The position numbers and the translations under genes are program-made. The notes beneath the pieces were generated by a model. The model was not told where the DNA came from and did no database searches. It saw only the letters and a list, made by a program, of their open reading frames with translations. From NCBI GenBank assembly GCA_013115145.1, contig JAAPAO010000076.1, forward strand, positions 1-64,000: a stretch of DNA of 64,000 nt, written 5' to 3'. The stretch's first letter is position 1, and every line of letters begins with the position of its first letter. This DNA comes from Perkinsus chesapeaki ATCC PRA-425. Taxonomy: Eukaryota > Protista > Perkinsozoa. Positions 49,143-59,700 of this stretch are shown here, piece by piece.

Positions 49143-52100
49143 TCAATACACTTCTGCGTGATAACGACCTTCCCTTTTCATCCTGTTTAAGATATCCTGC
49201 CAATCACTCCCGTGCTTCGCACAAATCTCCGAGAGTGCCTCCTGAACTCCAGATTCCATCGCCTGACCACCAAAAAGGTGTTATCCACAGTAACGCCAAA
49301 AAATGTATTTAATAACAATTCTCACCGTCCTTAGAGGAACGTATCTCATCGCTTATGAAGATTACTAGTATTTTAACACCAAGCTTAAGAGTAAAATAAT
49401 TGGAAAGCACCAAGTGCTTGGAGGTACAGTTCGAGCCGGATTCGGTTCCTTAAACATTGATACATTTAGCCGCATCTGTCTGTCACGACTCGATCCGCTG
49501 GAACCAGATGATTTACCCATGCACTCGTATTGCTGTTGTGTTTATTGAGGATCACCTTGCATTCACCTTCATGAATAACAACACCAAGTACTAGTTTCAA
49601 TACTAATCAATTTGCGCTTTAAGATAAGTATCCAATAAAACATATAACAAAGAACAGATCCCCTTTACGACATAATGCTGATATGCTATTAGATATTTCC
49701 ACGAACCATCAATCCTTAGTAACCTTACATACCTTCAAGCCACACATATACAAATGGAAATGTGGATCCTGCAGCCATGACCATATCTCATCCCCACACT
49801 CCCTCATTTTATTCTGGATGTACCTAACACGATGACCCAATCAACTCTACTATCCCATTGATACGACCACCTAGCAGCAGCCCACCAGTTCTCCACGAAA
49901 CTCTACTGCAGCTGTGGTGGACGATTCCTCTACTATTGCCGTTCGACCACTTGCGTACACAATACCAGGATTGCGTGGCGCAATCCTTACGTATGGTCAG
50001 TATAAGACATTTCTTGTCCTCCTATACCATCCCACTGGGAATTTAGTCATCGTTCATTGGTCAAATTGCACAATCCTCCCTGTCCCGTTTTCTACATTTT
50101 ATTTCCCTTATCATCCTTCTCTTCTCTTGACAAGGCATAATCTATCCTCAAATGCTCTGGATTGCCCGACTCGTAATCCTCCAGCTCTTTCGGGTAAAGT
50201 ATAGACGAGCGATCGGCAACACCTGTAAGCCATCCGTACCACACTTCGCAAACCATCTAATCCACAAGGCTGCGTAAAAACATTGCACTTTCTCCCCTTA
50301 GAAGATCTAAACTACCTGACGATCATTCTACAACTCTCCAAGTCTCAGTCCCAGACGTGCAAGAGTAAAGTCACAACGCCCCGAGTCGAGACGATCTACT
50401 CCCTCCTCCGAATCTTTCTAAATTTCAGTTCACACACTGGCATGTATGGTACTACCCGCAGGGATAGCCGCCTAAATTACCTATTAACATTTCCACCAAG
50501 TGTACTACTTCACGTTCCAAATGGGCCCTTTTACCAAATAATAAATTATCCAATGTCTCTAGCTGGAGCTCCAGCATCATATATATCAAACGCCTTACTA
50601 TTACCTAGAATAAGCCAAAACTTTCCCTTTTGATTCGTAGAGCTGTTGTTAAACTGTGATGAGAGGAACCCTCTGAACGGTGCTATACCTGATGGTCAAG
50701 TAGCACTCAAGGGTAATATAATAATACTGATACAAAAATACAACTACTCCGCTCGGCTATACGGGGAACGAACTTATAACTTAGCTGAGATGGGATATAT
50801 GACAGCTCCGGGAAATGGCATATCCTACCATACCAACGTAACACTCGAACAGACAAAGCAGCTTAAAACCCCCGCATAACCACAACTATAATATCTACTG
50901 TATTTCATATAACAACTTACATCATTTTAACACACACTAAAAATCTAACACATACTATAGACTAATAATTACAACGCCTTTCTTTTATTTCCGATAATTA
51001 TTTCCTCTAACCCTACTACCAGTCCCTGTTGCTAGCATGAGTACTTTAGACTCCTCCTCTTCAGGCAGTAGTAGCTCCTTGCCAGTCGGACCTAAGACCA
51101 CCATATCTTAATGGTGATAGTACTACCCAAAAGATACCTGTGATGTCAACTTTGTCGCCTGGCTTTAAATCACATAGGAAGTTCGAGCCTATACCTCTGT
51201 ACACCTGAGAGCGCGGATAACGGACACCCAGTGCAAACCGATCAGAAACTGACCAAGTCCAGATTTGAGAGCGCAGATAACGGACACCCAGTGCAAACCG
51301 ATCAGAAACTGACCAAGTCCAGATTTGGCGGCGTCATATACGCGATATGAAAGTTGTAGGATGAACATTTTGTATGATCCAACACACAGGAGATTTGAAC
51401 TTACATGCCAAGGCGATCCCGTAGTCACTGATTCGAGATGAGTAATACAGTGGAGATAGTAAATCATCTTAACTGTGGTACGTAAAGCGTCCTCTCTACC
51501 CTCAGACCAGTCCTCTCAACGACATGAAGTCCTTGTAATATCCTCCTTTATCACCTTATGGCCGGCATATGGTCCAGCCACTTCTACTTCGCCATGATCC
51601 TTATCAACCTCTACCACTCTTTTCACGCATAGCGATACTGTTGCACCATCCTGGAGATCCCCCTGGCCAGCAGAAGCAATTGAGTAACTGACAAGCACAA
51701 ACCATTGTGAGCTTCAAAGCTATCATAAACAGGCGGAATGTCACATTCTGACAAGGAAGGCGCACGATAAGCCAGTCCCCCGCTCCACCGCAGATGCACA
51801 CCATTTCAAGACACGAAATCCGTTCCCTAATATCGATATTCATTTGAGGCCTACGGAGAGCTACAACAGCCTCAAGCCATGAAATGTGTTTTCTTTTTCA
51901 TTACACTCGCATTTTAGCCTGGGGTGGTATAATACCGATCGATTGGCCTTCTAGGTACTCTAGGTCGCCATGAGTGTCGAGTACAATATGACGCACCTAA
52001 CAGTAATAACATCACTAATATCCTGGTCGAATGTATATATAGTGTCACACAATCTCTCTTGGAAGTGGGCAGTTACTTGGGACATAACTCGTACCATGTC

Positions 52101-52902
52101 TTCCGATGCAACGAACGCTCAAGACGAAAAAAAATAACACACCAAGGTTGTCGGAATGGGCCCAGAAAGCTGCAAAGGCGCACTATCAATCTGGACACTG
52201 GACCGCAAGCCGATTATGACGAACTACTACCAACGATTTTCATCTAAACCTATTTTCAATAACTGCTTGTTTGGAACGATACCAAATTTTTCCCAATAGC
52301 CACGGCCTGAGTACCGCTTTGCGATGCGACGACCAAGCGAAATATGAAGCAAGGATGAAGCCGTTAGCCATATCACCTCAGCATTAGGTTTAGGTTCCTC
52401 AGTGGCAGGAGTGTTCGACAGGCACACTGCTGATAGAGGCTTCTTTAATTTATGTTTATTAGCCTAATACGGGAAGTATCTAGTATGAACGGTACAAGTG
52501 ATACTACCACAACACTTCGACCTCGCGAGGATATCATCTTGGGTTTTCTAGCCCTCCTTGTTACTTTATTTACTCGACCAAGTGCAACAAGGCCAACAAG
52601 AGCCATTATTGACATATATGATATAGGAGATACCCAACCATGTGACGTCGAATCAACCTAAATAGAATCTTTCAGACATTTTTGAGCTCATTAGGATAAC
52701 CTCTGCCGGCGAGCGACCGCTGTTCAGGGCGGCTTGGCCACGAAAAGCCTGCTCCCCCAAATGGGGTCTTACGAAACGGACGGTATCTGAGAATATCTTT
52801 AGCCTACGAGCTTGAAGCGCGACATTTACCTTGGAGAAGATACAAACATATTCCCAGTAGAATAAGGAGCACAGTGCTGCCACTCCGACTTCTATTCTTC
52901 AT
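49143..52902 (-). CDS. FNR: Plant/plastid-type ferredoxin-NADP+ reductase with predicted bipartite (signal plus transit) leader
   Basis: Manually spliced exons: [145 protein letters not shown]. First exon MKNRSRSGSTVLLILLGICLYLLQ. The N-terminal exon structure is less certain. Confidence 0.9.
51206..51325. repeat. 60-bp tandem duplication at the 3' end of an FNR intron
   Basis: Two copies differing at 1 nt, lying inside intron 51205-51554 and directly abutting the AG acceptor. Confidence 0.95.
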
Positions 52903-52962
52903 CCCACTCCCACGCAACTGCAGTATTCCCAAAATGCTTCGATGGCCAGGGCGCGCGCGTAG

Positions 52963-52982
52963 TTTCGTGGCGCGTGACTATT
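52963..52982. promoter_or_regulatory. Recurrent TTTCGTGGCGCGTGACTATT motif in the divergent FNR / 53536 intergenic region
   Basis: Identical 20-mer at 56948-56967. The core TGGCGCGTGA also occurs at about 12769 and 14040. Confidence 0.35.
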
Positions 52983-53535
52983 CCGGAGCACTTGTGTTGG
53001 CTGGCAAGGTTAGTGCTAAATATTTTTCACTCATTTGTTGAGTTAGTATTGAAATATCTAATTGACGAGCCTCGGGCATGCTACACTGGCTTTGGGTAAA
53101 ATGGGCGGGGCTCTTGGAATAAATCAAATAATGATGTTTTATATTAATTATAAGTATATCGTAGAGAGACCTTTTCCTAGTATACTCGAAACTGGTAATT
53201 ATGATATATACTGACTTTTAGTAAGTATTGGTGATATATGAGATACACTGTTGTTAGAGTTATCATCGTCAGTTGTCATTAGTACCATATCCCCTATATA
53301 GTAGATACACTAATATATCAGACTAAATACCAGTTATATATTATTATTACAAGTAGCTGTTAACTAGCTTTCATAATTTTGTTCGTACACTTCATATCCT
53401 TTTACGAGTGACTGAGCCGGCAGCTATACTCCCATATGGAGTGTTGCCCGGAGAATAGTCGATAACTTATATATAATTAAAGCTACATGTATTATCGTAT
53501 TCTACCCGTGTTGTTTGAGTTGACTTTTATTTCTA

Positions 53536-54300
53536 ATGGGTTTTGGAGATCGTCTTAAATTATTACGCAAACCCAAACCAGCAACAACAATACCAGCAAC
53601 AGCAGCAGCAACAAACCAAGTTGCTTCCAGTCCTCCAAGCAATGAAGGCAGCAGAGGGGCACAGACAACGCCAGAGGTAGAGTGAAGTACAGCTAGAGGT
53701 GTCAGAATGCATTTAGGCATCCCTTAACGAGTTAAAACAGAAACTGCAGAACCTGGAAAGGACGCTTTCAAGGCCAGCTCAGTCGTCCACGGCAGCTGAG
53801 GTTGGAGTGATTGCTGGAACGATGCCTGTAATGGTTCAGTGTTGCTTCAGGCGGCTCAGCAACTTCTCAATGAATGCCGAAATAAGTCGGCAATCTTGGA
53901 GTCGCAGGCGGACGTGTTTGCGGACCAGGAGAAGTTCGAGTTGGTACAGGGCGTATTTGAGACGTCTGAGCAGTTGGAGAGGATTAATAAAAAGTAGTAA
54001 AGTACGTCATATTGAATATAAGTCAATTTCCGACTCTAAGCTTGGGAAGTATTGGATGCATTTTCGTAGCAAATTTTCGGTGAAATAGGACTTCCAGGAA
54101 GTTCTCTTCAGATTTGACACTTGGTATAACGCGGCCACTAGAACAGCAGTGGCCCATTCAGTGGCGGTAGAGAGAGCTCCTGCTGGAGTCCCTATTACGG
54201 CATCGCAGCCAGTTGGAGATGATAAAGGTAAAATATCATTCATCGGAGAAAAGCTCATTTCTTTTGTTGAGCTCTGAGCGCCTTCTCAAGACAAATAGCG
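53536..54300 (+). CDS. Hypothetical helical protein, possibly GAT-like
   Basis: Exons MGFGDRLKLLRKPKP.., ASLNELKQKLQNLERTL, LLQAAQQLLNECRNKSAILESQADVFADQEKFELVQGVFETSEQLER, DFQEVLFRFDTWY. The GAT resemblance is only impressionistic. Confidence 0.4.
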
Positions 54301-54839
54301 GAGTTGAGGATGATGATATGGGATGATAGTAAACCAGTTGACCAATGTGATCTGGCAATTGCTGAGGCTAAATCCTGTAGTGAGGCTTTAGCCGGGAGGA
54401 TGGATGTGTGGCTTAATAAGTAGTAGTAGGGGAGAAGAGGAGATGATGTAAATATTGTATAGTACGGAATAACACCAATGATACAGTAGAACTAACCACA
54501 TTATTGCACCTTCGCATTAGTTACCATTCCTACCTAGGTAAGCTATAACTTTTCAAGCTTGTGCTCGTTAAGATCTATAGGGCGTTAGGTTGGGCGGTAG
54601 CCTACTATGTCTTGAGCGATATAATGTATTTCCTGTATGATTTCTGTTATCTTCATTTCTCTATTGCGGCTCCCCAAGTAGGCTTGCATGTGGCTCTACT
54701 TCGGGCCCCACTTCATGTGCTGTTTACTTGATCAATATACCGTTTTCCCTCGGTGGATCTTGCGAGGAAAAGCTTCGCTTTGTTGTGAATTTAATTGATC
54801 AGGAACGAGTCGGAGAGGATTAATAAGTTAATGAAGTGC

Positions 54840-56407
54840 AATGATGACTTGGGCGATGTCGAGGAGGAATGGAAAGTCCTCAGGCTGCAGCGGACCTCTA
54901 CGGCGACCAATCAAGCAGGATCAGAGGAGAGGTAGTGAGAGGGGGAGCTTATGGGGCAGGTGGGGGCAGAAAGTAGGCAAATTGGATCCTGGTGAAGCGG
55001 CGGTAGGTCAGCTAGGAGAGTTGTGGTGCGGCAAGTCCGGCGGCTTAATAGTTAGCAGAAGTGGTATTTTTTGTTCATTGCTTGATAGATTGTGGAAAAT
55101 AGATCGTAGATAGGGTGGGTATATATCTAGGGTGTTGTGCGGGGATTGAATGTTACTGTTGTTGTGTTGTTGTAGGAGTGATGATGGTAATGAGCAGAGA
55201 CGGGAGGAAGAGGAGGCTCTGAGGGCGCAGAAGGAGGAGGAAGATCGGCTGGAGAAGGCTAAGGTGGAGGAGGAGGCTGAGAGGAACAGGAAAGAAGAAG
55301 CTGAACAGTTGGCTACTCAGAAGCAAGCAGCTGAAGAAGCTGAGAGGAAGGAGAAGGAGGAAGCTGAGAGGAAGGAGAAGGAGGAAGCTGAGAGGAAGGA
55401 GAAGGAGGAAGCTGAGAGGAAGGCAGCTGCGGAAGAGGAGAAAGAGAGGCAAGAGGCAATAGCGAGGGCACAGGCTGAGGCTGATAGAATAGCAAAGGAG
55501 GAAGCTGAGAGGAAGGAGAAGGAGGAAGCTGAGAGGAAGGAGAAGGAGGAAGCTGAGAGGAAGGAGAANNNNNNNNNNNNNNNNNNNNNNNNNNNNNNNN
55601 NNNNNNNNNNNNNNNNNNNNNNNNNNNNNNNNNNNNNNNNNNNNNNNNNNNNNNNNNNNNNNNNNTTAGAGGAAGGAGAAGGAGGAAGCTGAGAGGAAGG
55701 AGAAGGAGGAAGCTGAGAGGAAGGAGAAGGAGGAAGCTGATCGGAGAGCAGCTGCGGAAGCATCGGTTCTAGCAGCACAGGAGAGAGCAGCGGCGGAGGA
55801 GGCTGAGAGGAAGAAGGAAGAAGCTGAGAGGGAAGCAGCTAAGCAAGCAGCACAGGCAGCTCAGAAGCAAGCAGAGGAGAAGGAAGCCCGGAGGAAGAAG
55901 AAAGAGGCTGAAAGGAAGGAAAAGGAGGAGGCCGATAGGCAAAGAGAGGAGGAAGAAAGAAGAGCTAAAGAGGTCGAATTGGCCCGTAAAGAGGCCGAGG
56001 AAGCCAAGGAGGCAGCGGCTGCGCAACAGAGAGCTGCAGAGGAAGCAAAGAGGGCTGAAGCTGCCCAAGCAAGGGTTGAGGCGGCAACTGCCAGGACGAG
56101 GGGGATGGAAAATGGTAGCAAAGGGCAAGATTTGGCAGCAGGTGGAATGGCAGTAGGAAGCATAGTGGGAGCCTATAGAAGACCTAACTCGGCCAGAACG
56201 GATGAGGAAAGGAAGGAGATAGAGGCGAGGAATAATAGAATACTGTGGCAGATGAGGGAGGATGCTGCAAAGAAGGCATATAGAAGGAGAAAGGAGGCAG
56301 CTGAAGTGGAAGATAGTAGACAGATGCAGAAAGCTGTGCAGTTTGATAAGGTAGTAAACAGGAGGGAGACTTGGGGGTTGAATCCGGACCTATGTGTAGC
56401 AGTATAG
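54840..56407 (+). CDS. Lys/Glu/Ala-rich low-complexity repeat (coiled-coil/SAH-like) protein, interrupted by an assembly gap
   Basis: Tandem EEAERKEK units, then an A/E/K/R-rich region and a unique C-terminus ending GLNPDLCVAV*. Start uncertain. Confidence 0.65.
55330..55740 (+). repeat. 24-bp coding tandem repeat (gaggaagctgagaggaaggagaag) with N-gap 55569-55665
   Basis: Visible repeat on both sides of a 97-N gap. Confidence 0.95.
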
Positions 56408-56693
56408 GGCGGCTTCCATTTGGGATTATCCTGTAGTATGACGTGGATTTACACTAATAATTGTTCATGAAAATGATTATTATAAATTCGACTTATCGGG
56501 ATTTTTCCTGTTCTTTCGAACTTCTTTCTGGATTGATCTCCTCCGCACCTTCAATGCCATCTGGATAAGCAGTTGTAAAGATCGATGTTCGGATCCACAA
56601 GCGAGGAATTCCTTCACGTTTCCCCTCGCCAAAAACTAGAAGCGTATGTGGAGCATATATTTCAACTAGGATTCATATTGATAATATGGCTTG

Positions 56694-56768
56694 TAACACT
56701 ATATAATACTATATAACACTATATAATACTATATAACACTATATAACACTATATAACACTATATAATA
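56694..56768. repeat. 10-bp AT-rich tandem repeat (taacactata/taatactata), about 7 copies
   Basis: Directly visible. Confidence 0.95.
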
Positions 56769-56799
56769 TTGAATTATTGTGACGTTCGACACCTGGTGT

Positions 56800-59700
56800 C
56801 AGGACCATCGTGGTAAAGCCTATGAGCGTTCATGCCTCCGCCTGTGGAGCATGTATGTGCGTGCATCTCAACATGCCAGAAGAAGGTTATATGAAGCTGC
56901 TAGTGACGAGGAAATGGCAGCTGCTGTTGATTATGCTACATCGGTAATTTCGTGGCGCGTGACTATTGCTGCCTGCTACTGTGTGTATTCAATAGATAAA
57001 GCTTGATAAACCGTCGGATATCCAGCTGATTAGAAGCTGTCATCGAAAGTTGGAGGAGTCGGATCGACAGGCTGTGCTTCGATCGGAGCTCAAGGCTGCT
57101 ATGACGGCTCGAGATCTGGATGCCCTGGAAGAGGTAAGGATAATATGAGGGAGGGTTTTATTACATTATAAATTCACCACGCTCATATAACGATAGGGTA
57201 GAGCTCGGACCAATCAACCTGCTGCAGTGATCGGGGGTGCACGCATACACAAGGTGGAATAGAATAATGCAGTTGTCATTTTATCCGACCCTCAATTGGG
57301 GATCGGATCTCCGCGCAGGAGAGCTGAAAGTTGACTACCGACCTTCGGGTTCCGCAGCGGTGCCCAATGAGGCCTTAGTGGTTGGGTGCCGAGCCACATA
57401 CTGACCATGCAGCACATTTCTTCTTTCTCGCGGTTAGCAGACTGGCTTTTGAGTGCAGCGCGACTGCGACTGAGGAATATATCTTCATATATACGCATCC
57501 TGTAGATCCAGGGCTATATGGTGGGTATCTTGTACGTATTGAATAGTTCCCTCACACTACTCTTCAAACTCATATCATCACAGGTCCTTCCAGCGCTACC
57601 TCGGGATGGCGTTGATTCAAGTGCTTATCGGATCCTTGCTGAGGAAAGGCTTCGAGATGCCGTCAATAGGAATGCCAAACCGGCCGAGTTGGAGAAGTTG
57701 ATCGCTGAGGTGAGTAGTATCCGATGAAACACATTTGGAAAATTACTTTCTTCAGGGTGAGCAGAACGGTGCTGCTACCGTCTATGTTACACCGGCCAAG
57801 GCACTCCTGGATTTATGGGGCGCGCGACGGATGTCAGATCTGATGGCGTCAGCTTCGTACTGTTCTAAGCTGGGCATGAAGTCCCTTCCTGCCGAGCCTG
57901 TCCATAGGCTTTCTGATGCCTTGCTGGCGTCTCGGGCATTCCGAAAGTGGAAGGCGTGCGTTTACAGCGCGGAGGAGAGCGAGACTAGGGCGCGGTATTT
58001 CTTCGAGTTGTGGAAGAGACGTTTGTCGTTGAGGAACGAAGTTGCAGAAATGGCAGCTGATGATGCGGTGAGCTCGGTGGAGCTCGAGAGGGTAGTTGGG
58101 GAGTGCAAAAGGATGGGGATCGATGGAGTTGATGATGTGGCAATTTCGAAGGCAATGGAGAGAAAGGAAATGCTGGAGAGGATTTACGCGTCGGGAAATG
58201 TGGATGAGATGGTCGAAGCAGCGGAGGCCTGTAGGGACGCTGGAATACCGCTGGAAGATAATTTCAGGGCGCGTGAAGCTATAGGGGATGCTCTTGGAGC
58301 ATCGCTGATACCGGGAGCGTTGAATGTTACAGAGCTTGAGAGGCTGATAGATGTTGCAAAATATGCTGGAGTGCCGACGACATATTCGGAGATTGTGGTG
58401 CAGAGCAGAAAGTGGGATGTGGTGGTGAGGGACTTTAGGGAAGGGAAGGATAGACAACATTTAGCAAGGATAATGGATACATGGCATCAATATGCAAGGT
58501 AATGATATTGGGAAAATCTTAACAGTGCGTAGTATTGGGGGAATCTTTACAGTGCGTAATATTGGGAAAATCTTTAGAGTTAGTAATATTGGGAGAATCT
58601 TTAGAGCGCTTAATATCGGGGAAATCTTTAAAGTGCGTAATATTGGGAAAATCTTTATAGTGCGTAGAATTGGGAATCTTTAGAGTAAGTAGTATCGGGA
58701 AAATCTTTGTAGTGCGTAGTTATTGGGAATCTTCAGAGTGCGTAATACTGAAGTCCGTCCCAGGATGTTTGGGGATTTCCCGCAGGAACGTAACCAGCTG
58801 AGGCGAACGTGTATAAAATGCATGTTGTGAATAGTTGTAGTCGATGAAGGGTAGTATGCAATGTCTTCGAGTGCAGCATTAGGGACCCTAATTTAGAGGA
58901 CGGTGTACGTGTGAAATGGTGAAGGTATTATTATAACACCATCACAGTTGTAATCAGTATTAAAAATGGCTATAGGATAATGGTGTAGGGAGTGAAGGAG
59001 TGCGCATTAGTAGTATGAATTTAAGATTTATGTTTATGAATAGCCTTCATTGACAGTATTATAAACCTACTGATGGTTAGAGCGACTTCTTATCAATACG
59101 AGAAATGGTAGCAGAATTTGCGATTGATAGATACGCTGCTCGCCTGGAAGGTATTGAAGGGGATATTCGGAGCTCATACGAATTGGGGCTGCTGAACGAG
59201 GCCTTTGGAGTTTGGGCTGATTGGGCAAATAAGCAAAAGGATATGAAATATAGAACGGCCAAGGTTATGGCACATTGTGACGATTTAAGGATAAGGCGTG
59301 CTTGGAGAGGTTGGAAGGAGTATAGTGTAGAGTATAGGGAGATAGAGAGGAAGGTAATAGGGAGATGGAGGAGGATTGGATATATTGGTGGATCTACTTG
59401 GAACTTATAGCAATGTTACCTTTATGAGCTTATATAATAGTAATATTACCTTTATATATGAACTTACGTGGCAGTACAGGAGTTGGGCAGCGGACTGAGC
59501 TATACTCCTATACTGGCACTCGCGGCGATTGACTCGCTTTCCTGGTCCGAGGAGAAGTACCGCTATATAAAAATATTATCTCATATACGAACTTATATAG
59601 TAGCATGATTGCCGCTGCCGTCTACCTGCCCATTTTATAGGTGTGAGGTAAGTCGTAGAGTATATAGTGTGTTCTTATGTTGTTGTGGATCGAGGAAATT

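Noticed and set aside
49858-50879. Several plus-strand ORFs suggesting a membrane protein
   Set aside because: Antisense to FNR exons and introns.
51189-51467. ORF with a duplicated 20-aa hydrophobic segment (KSGLGQFLIGLHWVSVI)
   Set aside because: Lies mostly within FNR intron 51205-51554; FNR homology requires the join GHK|VYRG.
55150-55176. MLLLLCCC as a palmitoylation/anchor motif
   Set aside because: It is the translated pyrimidine-tract-like intron end (tgttgtgttgttgtag) before the real exon.
55666-55692. Apparent frameshift/stop after the N-gap in the K/E-rich gene
   Set aside because: The gap length is arbitrary, so the frame across it is uninformative.
58492-58683. ORF with 9-aa repeats (NIGKIFRVR)
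   Set aside because: Translation of the intronic 27-bp minisatellite, starting across a donor site.
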